This document shows, piece by piece, positions 17,455 to 27,243 of a DNA stretch of 64,000 nt (position 1 is the first letter of the stretch; each line of letters starts with the position of its first letter). Below the pieces are notes generated by a model that saw only the letters and a list, made by a program, of their open reading frames with translations, did not search any database and was not told the origin of the DNA. The stretch is from Coprothermobacterota bacterium (GTDB taxonomy: Bacteria > Coprothermobacterota > HKB111): contig JBBIUB010000002.1 in assembly GCA_037440465.1 (NCBI GenBank), forward strand, positions 32,001-96,000, written 5' to 3'. Made by a program: the position numbers and the translations under genes.

Positions 17455-18638
17455 CCTACTACCCCCTTCTCTTTGAGTTCACTTAAGTATTCATCATCAA
17501 AACCCAAAAGATTAGATAGAGCTTCACGAGTATGCTGACCAAGATAAGGAGCTGGCATCCGGGGACCAGTCTGAGTTTGAGAAAGCTTGAAGGGAGACCC
17601 AACAGTTTTATAAGGTCCCACTAATGAATGTTCCATTTCTACTATCATCTGACGAGAAATCACCTGTTGGTCTTTAACAACTTCCTTTATAGTATTTATA
17701 GGACCGTACGGTATACCATTTTTCTCAAAAATGTTACTCCATTCCTTATATGTCTTTTTCTGGAAAACCTTCTCCAATTCCGGAATTAAAATGTGTTTAT
17801 TCAATGTACGTTGGTAGTTATTGGAGAATAAAAGGTTCTTTGTCAGATCTTCTCTCCCAATTACCTGGCAGAATTCCAGCCAGAGTTTTTCGCTCCCAAG
17901 AGGAAGTATTATGTAATTGTCTTTTGTCTTAAAGGCTTGAAAAGGGGTTATAGAAGGATGAGAGGTTCCTAAAGGTTCTGGTACTACACCTTCAATATAA
18001 TATCTGGTTATAGCATTCTCTAAAAGATACACCATTCCATCCAGCATGCCATAATCTAACCTTTGTCCCAAACCTGTTTTTTCTTTATAATAAAGTGCGC
18101 CCAGGATTCCTATGGCTGCATGGTGACCTGCGATTAAATCACCAATGGAGATACCTACCCTTACTGGTTGACCGTTAGGTTCTCCTGTAATACTCATTAA
18201 ACCACTTGTTCCTTGTACAACCATGTCATATGAAGGTTTATCCTTATAGGGTCCCGTATGACCAAAACCTGAAATAGAAGCATAAATAATCCTGGGATTT
18301 TCCTTTCTTATTTCCTCATAGCCAAGACCTAATTTTTCTAAAGTGCCAGGACGGAAGTTCTCAACAATCACATCAGATATACGGCTTAATCTCTTTACTA
18401 TATTAACTCCTATAACTGTTTTAATGTTTACTACAACACTTTTTTTATTACGATTAATGCTCATAAAATAAGCACTTTCATCTTTAATAAAAGGACCGTA
18501 GGTGCGAGCACCATCTCCTCCTGGTGGTTCAATCTTAATAACTTCTGCTCCCATATCACCGAGAATCATCGTACAGAATGGACCTGCCAGGATATGACTT
18601 AAATCAAGTATTCTCAAGCCATACAGGGTTCCAGTCAT
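17439..18638 (-). CDS. Family III CoA-transferase (CaiB/BaiF/Frc)
   Basis: ILDLSHILAGPF, GAEVIKIEPP, NRNKKS, ENFRPG, SISGFG..GP, YDMVVQG, IGDLIAG (catalytic Asp), APYLGQHT. Confidence 0.93.
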   Translation of the reverse strand: MTGTLYGLRILDLSHILAGPFCTMILGDMGAEVIKIEPPGGDGARTYGPFIKDESAYFMSINRNKKSVVVNIKTVIGVNIVKRLSRISDVIVENFRPGTLEKLGLGYEEIRKENPRIIYASISGFGHTGPYKDKPSYDMVVQGTSGLMSITGEPNGQPVRVGISIGDLIAGHHAAIGILGALYYKEKTGLGQRLDYGMLDGMVYLLENAITRYYIEGVVPEPLGTSHPSITPFQAFKTKDNYIILPLGSEKLWLEFCQVIGREDLTKNLLFSNNYQRTLNKHILIPELEKVFQKKTYKEWSNIFEKNGIPYGPINTIKEVVKDQQVISRQMIVEMEHSLVGPYKTVGSPFKLSQTQTGPRMPAPYLGQHTREALSNLLGFDDEYLSELKEKGVVGWKDL

Positions 18639-18896
18639 TAATTACCTCCATTCAAAATAATTATATAATAACAAAGGTTGATATAAATAAATCGTTAAAA
18701 TCGTTAAATTAGAAAGTAAGAATATACTCATACTATCATAAAATAATAATCAACTATTATTTTTATTGGAATATTCAAAGTTATTTTAACAGGATATAAA
18801 AAATCTTCTAACGATGTTCCCACTATTTACCTTTCAACAAGATAATAATATGCTAAAATTCATTTGAGTAAATCATAAACAAGGAAGGTATATCCA

Positions 18897-21302
18897 GTGA
18901 GAAAACTTAAATTCTTTGAAGTAACTTGTAGGAGCAACCCGAAAGACTTTGATTTCAAAACAACAAAAGAAGTCAGTCCTCTTGAAGGAACAATTGGACA
19001 GGATAGAGCTCTTAATTCTATAGAAATCGCCCTTAACATGAAAACTAAAGGGTTTAACATTTACTTAGCTGGGCCAAGAGGGATTGGTAAGACTTTTACT
19101 ATAAAAGCATTTCTTTCTGAAAAAGCAGCAAAAGAGACAATTCCTGAAGATATTATTTATGTTTATAACTTCAAAAAAACTGATAGCCCAAGACCTATTA
19201 TACTTAAAACGGGTAAGGGAAAAGTCCTAGCTAAAGCTATGGAAAGTTTCTCAAAAGAGTTGAAAGACAAAATGCCTCAGTTGTTTGAAGGCGAGGAATA
19301 CGACCGTAAACGACTTGAAATTATTTCTAAAGCCCAGAAAGAAAAAGATGAAACCCTCCACCAAGCACAAAATATAGCTCGAACAGAGGGATTCTTACTC
19401 CAAATGAATCAACAGGGTGTATTCATCGTTCCAACTAAAAACGGAACACCACTTTCTGCAGATATTTTTCAGTCTCTTCCAGATGATGAAAAAAAAGTCT
19501 GGGAAGATAAATACAAAATAATTAACGAAGAGGTAGGTAAAGTTATAAGAACTATCAAGAAAATAGATAAAGAACTTTCTGAAAAACTCCAGCAACTGGA
19601 TGCAGATGTTCTAAAAATTACTCTTAACCATCTCCTTTTAGAAATTAGAACAGAATTCTCCTCAGAAAAAGATGTCCTTGCTTACTTACTTGAAGTAGAA
19701 GAAAATATATTAAACAATATAATTGAATTAAAAACCCAGAAAGATACAACAATACCCTCTCCTACATCATTTCTTTTACCTGCAACTGACCCTTATTCCC
19801 GTTACCAGATTAATTTAGTAGTAGACAATTCATACTCCCAGGGAGCCCCGGTAATTTTCGAAAACAATCCTACATATTACAATTTAATTGGAAGAATTGA
19901 GTTCAAATCAAATTTTGGTGTGGCAACTACAAGCTTTGACCTCATTAAAGCAGGCTCTTTATTAAAAGCCAATGGTGGATACCTGGTAATCCAGGCTTCA
20001 GATGTCTTGAGAAATCCTTTCTCATGGGAAGCTCTTAAAAAATCTTTGAATAACGAAGAGTTAATAATTGAAAATATTGGAGAACAGTTAAGGATAGACC
20101 CTGTAGTTACTCTCAAACCTGAACCTATTCCCTTAAAGGTAGAAGTAATATTAATGGGAAGTCTACAGCTATATTATTTACTCTATTATTATGATGAAGA
20201 CTTCAAGAAGCTCTTCAAGATAAGAGCTGATTTTGACACTGAGATGGTAAGAAATACAGAACATATAAAAAAGTACGCTTCCTTTATAAGAGCAAGGGTT
20301 GACGAAGAGAATTTAAATCATTTTGATAAAAATGCCGTAGCTGTTATAGTTGATTATGGTTCTCGTCTTGCAGAAAATCAGGAAAAGCTTTCAACAAAAT
20401 TCAGTGAAATAGCAGATATCATATCCGAAGCTAATTATTGGGCTTCCAGGGAAGGTAGTAAAATCATAAAAAAACAACATGTTGAGAAAGCAATGGAGGA
20501 AAAAATATATCGTTCCAACCTCATTGAGATGAAAATCCAGGAATTCATCGAAAATGGTACTATCCTATTGGATACTACAGGAGCAAAAGTTGGACAGGTT
20601 AATGGAATTTCTATTTTAACTTTTGGTGACTACTCTTTTGGAAAACCAACACGAATAACTGCATCAGTATCTTTAGGTTCTCGTGGAATAGTTAATATTG
20701 AACGAGAAGTAGAAATGAGTGGTAGACTCCACAGTAAAGGTGTCATGATTGTTTCAGGTTATCTAAGGGAACTGTTTGCCAAGGAAAAGCCTTTATCTCT
20801 AACTGCTACTCTTGTTTTTGAGCAACTATACGAAGAGATAGAAGGAGATAGCGCCTCCAGTGCTGAACTTTATGCTCTTCTTTCAGCTATATCAGGTATC
20901 CCATTAAAGCAAAATTTAGCTGTAACTGGCTCTGTTAACCAAAAAGGAGAGATTCAACCTATAGGTGGAGTAACCAAAAAAATAGAAGGCTTCTTTGATG
21001 CTTGTAAAGTTAAAGGTTTAACCGGTGATCAAGGTGTAATCATACCCCATCAGAACATCAAAAACCTGGTCCTAAAAGAAGAAGTTGTCAATCTTATTAA
21101 AAAAAGCCAATTTCACATCTATTCGATAAAAAATATTAATGAAGGTATTGAGTTATTAACAGACGTTAGAGCAGGAGAGAAAGATACTAACGGAAACTAT
21201 CCAGAAGGAACAGTTTACCATTTAATCAATAAAAATCTTACTAAAATGGCAGATCTTCTTAAAGGGCGCGAAGAAAAGGAAAAAACACCCGATAATCAGT
21301 AA
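18897..21302 (+). CDS. Lon-like protease (LonC/AAA_32 type, peptidase S16)
   Basis: IGQDRA, Walker A GPRGIGKT, long coiled-coil insertion, GQVNG, HSKG, EGDSASSAEL (catalytic Ser), IGGVTKKIEGF (catalytic Lys). Confidence 0.9.
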   Translation: MRKLKFFEVTCRSNPKDFDFKTTKEVSPLEGTIGQDRALNSIEIALNMKTKGFNIYLAGPRGIGKTFTIKAFLSEKAAKETIPEDIIYVYNFKKTDSPRPIILKTGKGKVLAKAMESFSKELKDKMPQLFEGEEYDRKRLEIISKAQKEKDETLHQAQNIARTEGFLLQMNQQGVFIVPTKNGTPLSADIFQSLPDDEKKVWEDKYKIINEEVGKVIRTIKKIDKELSEKLQQLDADVLKITLNHLLLEIRTEFSSEKDVLAYLLEVEENILNNIIELKTQKDTTIPSPTSFLLPATDPYSRYQINLVVDNSYSQGAPVIFENNPTYYNLIGRIEFKSNFGVATTSFDLIKAGSLLKANGGYLVIQASDVLRNPFSWEALKKSLNNEELIIENIGEQLRIDPVVTLKPEPIPLKVEVILMGSLQLYYLLYYYDEDFKKLFKIRADFDTEMVRNTEHIKKYASFIRARVDEENLNHFDKNAVAVIVDYGSRLAENQEKLSTKFSEIADIISEANYWASREGSKIIKKQHVEKAMEEKIYRSNLIEMKIQEFIENGTILLDTTGAKVGQVNGISILTFGDYSFGKPTRITASVSLGSRGIVNIEREVEMSGRLHSKGVMIVSGYLRELFAKEKPLSLTATLVFEQLYEEIEGDSASSAELYALLSAISGIPLKQNLAVTGSVNQKGEIQPIGGVTKKIEGFFDACKVKGLTGDQGVIIPHQNIKNLVLKEEVVNLIKKSQFHIYSIKNINEGIELLTDVRAGEKDTNGNYPEGTVYHLINKNLTKMADLLKGREEKEKTPDNQ

Positions 21303-22459
21303 CGCCAGAAAGCACCTATGCCTCCATAAGTCATTAATACCTCTGAAGCTTCTCCTCCCAATATCTCCAGTTTAATTTTGTGTTTTCTAATTAAAAGGGG
21401 CAAAAAAGTTTTTATTGACCCCCTTGCAAAAACCTCAGAACCACAAAAAGAACAAGGACCTGATTTATCTTTCTCAAGGTTAAAACATAATTTGCACTCT
21501 CGTAAACTAACTTTTATCTGCCTTGAAATAATTACCGTGTCAGCCTTCCCATCTTTTAGTGTTTTTAGAGAAGAATCCAAGCCTACACCGGCTAAATTAC
21601 CAGTAGCAGATCTTTCTAGAAGTAGTTCCACTATTTTTTTCTCTCTCTCCCTCTCGTACTCCCAGAATACAGCTAATGAAGTATCAAGCACTTCTTTAGG
21701 TGGAGCGTAAAGAGGTATTGCTACTCTACCAACAACCATTACCTCTTTATTTTTACTAAGCAGTTTAAGATATCTATCTTGAATAATTTCAGACCCACCA
21801 AGAACTATTTCATTTATATTGTAATTTTTCTTTAACTGACTAAAAAATGATGTTGTCTCTTTATAAAATCTCTGAGTATTTGCTTCTACCCTATCAACAA
21901 AAGCTTCAACTCTATCTCCACCTCCCATTGCTCCTCTTGTAATACCATCCCTGGGAGAAGAAGGAGGCATCAGACGTTGCTTGCGCCAATCAGTTGTCTC
22001 TAAGCCTAAATCAAAAGATTTGATCATTTCAACTCTATTAAGCTGTATTCTAAGGAACTCTACCTTTGTGGCATCCACAAATATCACACCATAAGGACGA
22101 TATTCTTCCAAAAGCCATATAATCTGACCAATACTGGGTTTCCCAAAAGATACTTCTTTTTCTACACCAACTTGCAAGGTTATTACTTCTTTGAGAACTT
22201 CTCCTACAAATATAATAGCTGACTTTTCTTTAAAAAGAGTGCCTTCAACTATTAATTGGGCTTTCTCTTCGACTTTTTCAAAGTAAGGAAGGTCATCTCT
22301 GGATATTTTTTTCTTCAAATCCTTTAATGCTCCCTTCAGCCATATTTGTGATGCAGTTCTTCCTCCATCAGATACAGAGGAGTCGGTATTTAGGTAAATA
22401 GTTAAAACCTTGTCTTCACTGGAATTTAAGAGTTCCTCTAACTTTGAAGTTTCTATCAT
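21296..22459 (-). CDS. Bacterial archaeo-eukaryotic release factor 1 (baeRF)-like protein with zinc-ribbon insertion
   Basis: N-terminal VLTIYLNTD, RNase-H-like middle domain (YGVIFVD, IVLGG), C-terminal L7Ae-like domain with CKLC..CSFC and terminal GGIGAFWRY; start ATG 22459 after SD GAGGTGA. Confidence 0.75.
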   Translation of the reverse strand: MIETSKLEELLNSSEDKVLTIYLNTDSSVSDGGRTASQIWLKGALKDLKKKISRDDLPYFEKVEEKAQLIVEGTLFKEKSAIIFVGEVLKEVITLQVGVEKEVSFGKPSIGQIIWLLEEYRPYGVIFVDATKVEFLRIQLNRVEMIKSFDLGLETTDWRKQRLMPPSSPRDGITRGAMGGGDRVEAFVDRVEANTQRFYKETTSFFSQLKKNYNINEIVLGGSEIIQDRYLKLLSKNKEVMVVGRVAIPLYAPPKEVLDTSLAVFWEYEREREKKIVELLLERSATGNLAGVGLDSSLKTLKDGKADTVIISRQIKVSLRECKLCFNLEKDKSGPCSFCGSEVFARGSIKTFLPLLIRKHKIKLEILGGEASEVLMTYGGIGAFWRY

Positions 22460-22521
22460 GGTCCTCACCTCGCAGTTCTTTTTATTAGCATACCACATTA
22501 TAAATGTATAATATTTATACT

Positions 22522-24261
22522 ATGAAAACGTTATCAGGTTTTCTTAAAGAGCATTTGCGAGAATTCTTTTTTGGAATTCTTTTTCTAATAGCAGTAGACC
22601 TTGTGCAACTCTTAATACCTCAGGTTCTAAGAAGAGCCACAGATGAACTAAGATCAATGTCCATAACCACAGCAACTCTTCTCAGGTATGCCATGTTATT
22701 AGCGATTCTGGCAATAGTTATGGTTATTTTACGTTTTGCCTGGAGAAATTTAATTTGGGGTACCTCCAGAAAAATAGAAAAAAAATTGAGAGAGCAATAT
22801 TTTCAAAAATTACAAACTATGGATATGAAATATTTTAACTATCATAAAATTGGCGACTTGATGGCTTTAGCAACTAATGACATCAATGCTGTCAGGATGA
22901 GCCTTGGTGAAGGATTGCTTCTCATCACTGACGCTATTTTTATGATCTCTCTCGGTGCTTATTTTTTGGCAGGAATCAATAGTAAACTATTTATCAGCGT
23001 CTTTCTTCCTCTTCCATTAATAACAATAACAGTACTATTTTTTGGGAAGGCAATACACGAACGATTCAAAAGGGCTCAAGAAGGCTTTGCTCAGCTAACT
23101 TCAAGGGTGCAAGAATCAATAACAGGTATAAGAGTGGTAAAAGCCTACGGACAAGAAGAAGGAGAAATAGATAATTTCAAAGAAACAGCAGGCGACCTTG
23201 TTAATAGAAATATGGAGCTTGCAAGGATTGGAGGCATTTTCACCCCTCTGGTTCAATATCTCTCTTCGCTTTGTTTATTTATAACTTTAATCTATGGAGG
23301 AAGATTAACTATCCTCGGAGAGATCACTTTGGGTGATTTTATAGCCTTCCATGCCTATCTTGGTCTTTTAACCTGGCCTATGATGGCTATGGGTTGGGTA
23401 GTTAACATCCTGCAAAGAGGAAAAGCTTCTCTTCAAAGACTAAACGAAGTATTTACCGAAATCCCTTATATTAAAGATAAAGAAGATGCAGTAAAAATGA
23501 TTGGACCAATCAAAGGGGATTTAGAATTTCATAATGTGACTTTTAGATACCCTGAGAGAGACAAACCAGCCTTATTAAATATCTCATTTAAACTAAAGGC
23601 AGGCGATATTCTGGGGGTTGTTGGTAAGCTTGGTAGTGGAAAAACCACTCTTTTAAACCTTATTCCTCGACTTTACGATATAGAACAAGGAGAAATCTTT
23701 TTAGATGGTATAGAACTAAGAAAAATAGCTTTACAAAGCCTTAGAAAGATAGTAAGTTTTATACCACAAGAAAGCTTCCTCTTCTCAGATAGTATTCGAG
23801 AGAATATATGCTTTTCAGATCCTTATGGAAGCAAAGAAAAGGCCATAGAATTAATTAAAACAGTTCATATTTATGAAGAAATCTCAAACATGCCACAGGG
23901 TATAGATACAATAGTGGGAGAAAGAGGAATAACCCTCTCAGGTGGACAGAAACAGAGGGTGGCTATTGCCCGAGCTCTTTATAGTGAACCTAAAATATTA
24001 ATCTTTGACGATGCCTTTTCTTCTCTTGACTACCACACAGAAGAAGAGATTATCAAAGAGATGATTAAGTTAAAATACACTGCCATCATCTCTTCTCACC
24101 GATTATCCTGCCTTAAGTATGCCAGGGAAATAATTGTTCTGGATGAAGGTGAAATAATTGAACAAGGAAATCACGAAGAACTAATATCAAATGATGGGTT
24201 TTATGCACATCTCTACCGTTTACAGCAACTGGAGTTGGAAGAATCTCCAGAAGAGGTTTGA
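22522..24261 (+). CDS. ABC exporter, fused permease/ATPase (MdlA/YheI-like subunit of a heterodimer)
   Basis: TM domain, GDLM..ATND, Walker A GKLGSGKT, LSGGQKQR, degenerate Walker B ILIFDDAFS. Confidence 0.9.
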   Translation: MKTLSGFLKEHLREFFFGILFLIAVDLVQLLIPQVLRRATDELRSMSITTATLLRYAMLLAILAIVMVILRFAWRNLIWGTSRKIEKKLREQYFQKLQTMDMKYFNYHKIGDLMALATNDINAVRMSLGEGLLLITDAIFMISLGAYFLAGINSKLFISVFLPLPLITITVLFFGKAIHERFKRAQEGFAQLTSRVQESITGIRVVKAYGQEEGEIDNFKETAGDLVNRNMELARIGGIFTPLVQYLSSLCLFITLIYGGRLTILGEITLGDFIAFHAYLGLLTWPMMAMGWVVNILQRGKASLQRLNEVFTEIPYIKDKEDAVKMIGPIKGDLEFHNVTFRYPERDKPALLNISFKLKAGDILGVVGKLGSGKTTLLNLIPRLYDIEQGEIFLDGIELRKIALQSLRKIVSFIPQESFLFSDSIRENICFSDPYGSKEKAIELIKTVHIYEEISNMPQGIDTIVGERGITLSGGQKQRVAIARALYSEPKILIFDDAFSSLDYHTEEEIIKEMIKLKYTAIISSHRLSCLKYAREIIVLDEGEIIEQGNHEELISNDGFYAHLYRLQQLELEESPEEV

Positions 24262-24262
24262 C

Positions 24263-26221
24263 ATGTGTCCTCCTGATGACCTGGAAGTAGAAAGGAAAGC
24301 ACCCGACTTGCGCTTAATAAAAAACCTTCTTGTATTTGCGCGTCCATATGTAAAAACGATACTTATTGCTTTTATTATTATTGCTCTTACCACAGGCCTG
24401 GAGCTTCTTTTACCTTACCTTATAAAGATAGGTATAGATAGGTATATTAATCCACATAAAATTATAGAAAAGGCAAGCTATTATGAAATTAGCTCAGAAA
24501 TCTTTCAGGAATTATCCAGTAAAGAACCATTTCTATTAATACGAATTGAAGAATCTCTTAAGCATGTAGAAGGAAAAATGTACTTACCTACTGAAGTACT
24601 TAACAGCCTGAGTAGTGCTGAGATATCAATATTAAGGCGTACAGACCTTTCCCGCATAAACTTGATAGCCCTGCTATTTTTATTAACTATCTCTTTGAAT
24701 TTCTTTTTGAACTACGCTCATATAATCATTTTAAATATTGCAAGCCAGAAGATTATTTACGACTTAAGAGTAAAAATATTTACTCATCTACAAGCTCTAC
24801 CCTTTGCTTTCTTTGATAGAAATCCGGTGGGAAGGTTGGTTACTAGAGTAACCAACGATACAGATGCCATTCAAGAAATGTTCAGCAATGTCATAATAGC
24901 CCTTTTAAAAGATTTTCTGCTGGTATTTGGAATTATTATTGTCATGATATCCTTAAATTTAAAATTAGGTATCGTTTCCATTTCATTACTGCCTTTGGTT
25001 ATTATCCTAACAGTAACATTCCGCTTGAAAGCTCGAGAAATTTATCGTATGGTCAGGACAAGACTTGCCAGAATCAATGCTTATATAGCAGAAAATATCT
25101 CAGGGATAAAGATAACCCAACTCTTCCTGCGAGAAAATGAAAACCTTAAAAGATTTAAGGTAATAAATAGTGATTACTACAAAGCTACTATACTCAATCT
25201 AAGGCTTAATTCTATCTATAGGCCCTTGATAAATGCTGTTAGCTCTCTAACCTTAGCTTTATTGATATATTATGGCGGAGGAGAAATAATAAAGGAAAAA
25301 GTAGAATTTGGTCTTCTCTTTGTCTTCATTTCCTATATTCAGACCCTTTTCAGACCTATCCAGGATATGGCAGAAAAATATGATTTACTTCAAGGTGCTA
25401 TGGCTTCTTCGGAGAGAGTTTTTGCTCTCCTTGGAGAATCTATTCCAATAACTGATATAAAAAATCCAATTTCTCTAAAGGAAGCTGTTGGTTCTATTGA
25501 AATAAAAGATGTTTGGTTCGCTTATGAAAAAGAAGATTGGGTTCTAAAAGGTGTCTCATTCAATGTACGACCTGGGGAAAGCGTAGGAATAGTTGGAATG
25601 ACAGGAGCTGGAAAAACATCAATAATCAATCTTCTATGTCGGTTTTACGAGCCACAGAAGGGTGAGATATTAATTGATGGCATTGACATCAAAAAGATTG
25701 CTCTAAAAGATCTAAGACACAACATCGCTGTGATACTACAGGATGTATTTTTATTTGCTACTGATATAAAAGGAAACATACGTCTTAACAACAGGGATAT
25801 TTCTGATGAAGAGGTCATGGAAGCAGCTTCCAGGGTACAAGCTCACAAATTTATTGAAGACTTACCTAACGGTTATAGCGAAAAAGTAGAAGAGGGAGGT
25901 TCAACTCTCTCCGCAGGTCAGAGACAGTTAATCTCCTTTGCAAGAGCCCTGGTTTTTAATCCTCGAGTCTTAATTTTAGACGAAGCTACATCTAATATAG
26001 ATTCGGCCACTGAAGTACTTATCACCGAAGCTCTAAAGGTCCTTATAAAAGGAAGAACCAGTATTATCATTGCACATCGTCTCTCAACCCTTGAAAATGT
26101 AGATAGAATAATAATCCTTAGTAAAGGTAAAATAGTGGAAACCGGAACACATAGAGAACTAATGGCTGCAAAAGGTCTATACTATCATCTTTATACCGTT
26201 CAAAAGATGCAGGTGGTATAA
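24263..26221 (+). CDS. ABC exporter, fused permease/ATPase (MdlB/YheH-like subunit of a heterodimer)
   Basis: PVGRLVTRVTND, GMTGAGKT, LSAGQRQL, LILDEATS, AHRLST; start at ATG 24263 just after the upstream stop. Confidence 0.9.
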   Translation: MCPPDDLEVERKAPDLRLIKNLLVFARPYVKTILIAFIIIALTTGLELLLPYLIKIGIDRYINPHKIIEKASYYEISSEIFQELSSKEPFLLIRIEESLKHVEGKMYLPTEVLNSLSSAEISILRRTDLSRINLIALLFLLTISLNFFLNYAHIIILNIASQKIIYDLRVKIFTHLQALPFAFFDRNPVGRLVTRVTNDTDAIQEMFSNVIIALLKDFLLVFGIIIVMISLNLKLGIVSISLLPLVIILTVTFRLKAREIYRMVRTRLARINAYIAENISGIKITQLFLRENENLKRFKVINSDYYKATILNLRLNSIYRPLINAVSSLTLALLIYYGGGEIIKEKVEFGLLFVFISYIQTLFRPIQDMAEKYDLLQGAMASSERVFALLGESIPITDIKNPISLKEAVGSIEIKDVWFAYEKEDWVLKGVSFNVRPGESVGIVGMTGAGKTSIINLLCRFYEPQKGEILIDGIDIKKIALKDLRHNIAVILQDVFLFATDIKGNIRLNNRDISDEEVMEAASRVQAHKFIEDLPNGYSEKVEEGGSTLSAGQRQLISFARALVFNPRVLILDEATSNIDSATEVLITEALKVLIKGRTSIIIAHRLSTLENVDRIIILSKGKIVETGTHRELMAAKGLYYHLYTVQKMQVV

Positions 26222-26223
26222 AA

Positions 26224-27204
26224 GTGAACTTTATTACAAAAATCCTTTTAAAAGGCCGTTCAATTAAAAATCCAGAAAGCAAGTCTATACTTGGCTACTG
26301 GGAAGCAGGAATAAGTATAGTACTTAACCTGATTATTTCCTTCGTTAAGTTCTACCTTGGTTTTTTAACAGGAAGTATTGCCTTAAAAGGAGATGCTCTC
26401 CACACTCTCTCAGATACCCTTACTTCGTTAGTGGTTTTAGTTGGTATAAAATTATCCTCTATACCTCCTGATAAGGAACATCCTCACGGTCATGGCCGCA
26501 TGGAATGGCTCTCCAGTTTAGCTATCGCTCTTCTTCTTGTTGTAACCGGAACAAGTTTATTCTTGACTTCCTATAAAAGAATCAGCTCACCATCAATACA
26601 AGAAATTCCGGGAACTATATTTATATTTATCCTTCTATTCTTTTCTCTTCTAAAAGAGCTCCTGTTCCGCTTATCCTTTTTCTGGGGAAAAAACGCAGAA
26701 ATCAGCTCTCTTATAGGTGATGCTTACCACCATAGAACCGATGCATTTGCTTCTCTTTTGGTAATTACAGGCCTTTTACTTCAGAGGTTCAATTTCATTT
26801 TCTTAGATGGTGTCCTTGGTATAATAATATCCTTTTTCATAATAAAGGTTGGTTTTGATATAGTCCTATCTTCAACAAGCCTTCTTTTAGGGAAGAAAGG
26901 TAATGCTACAGACTTAGAAATAATTGAAGAGTTGGTTTTCGAAATCAACGGTGTAAAAGAAGTTCATAAGATAGAAATACACGATTTTGGTAATTTCAAA
27001 GATATTTCCCTCCATATACTCTTGAATGGCAAAATTCCCCTTGACGAAGCTCACAATATTGCCCAAGAAGTTGAAGATAAGATCAAAAAGGTGTTTTTCC
27101 TTTCCCATATAACTGTCCACACAGAACCTTACAATTTAAAACAGGATTCAAGGAGTCAAGGGGTCGGGGGGTCGAGCGAAAACCACAACATTTTATTGGA
27201 CTAA
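26224..27204 (+). CDS. Cation diffusion facilitator (FieF-like) transporter
   Basis: GSIALKGDALHTLSD, PPDKEHPHGHGRME, DAYHHRTD, C-terminal dimerisation domain ending HTEP. Confidence 0.9.
   Translation: MNFITKILLKGRSIKNPESKSILGYWEAGISIVLNLIISFVKFYLGFLTGSIALKGDALHTLSDTLTSLVVLVGIKLSSIPPDKEHPHGHGRMEWLSSLAIALLLVVTGTSLFLTSYKRISSPSIQEIPGTIFIFILLFFSLLKELLFRLSFFWGKNAEISSLIGDAYHHRTDAFASLLVITGLLLQRFNFIFLDGVLGIIISFFIIKVGFDIVLSSTSLLLGKKGNATDLEIIEELVFEINGVKEVHKIEIHDFGNFKDISLHILLNGKIPLDEAHNIAQEVEDKIKKVFFLSHITVHTEPYNLKQDSRSQGVGGSSENHNILLD
27138..27182 (+). repeat. Second copy of the octamer repeat array, lying inside the 3' end of the CDF ORF
   Basis: AAAACA-GGATTCAA-GGAGTCAA-GGGGTCGG-GGGGTCGA-GCGAAA mirrors AAACA-GGGTTCAA-...-GTGAAA at 12584-12634. 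Confidence 0.65.
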
Positions 27205-27243
27205 GTCTTATAATATTAAAAACTCGCCTTGGAGGTATTTAAA

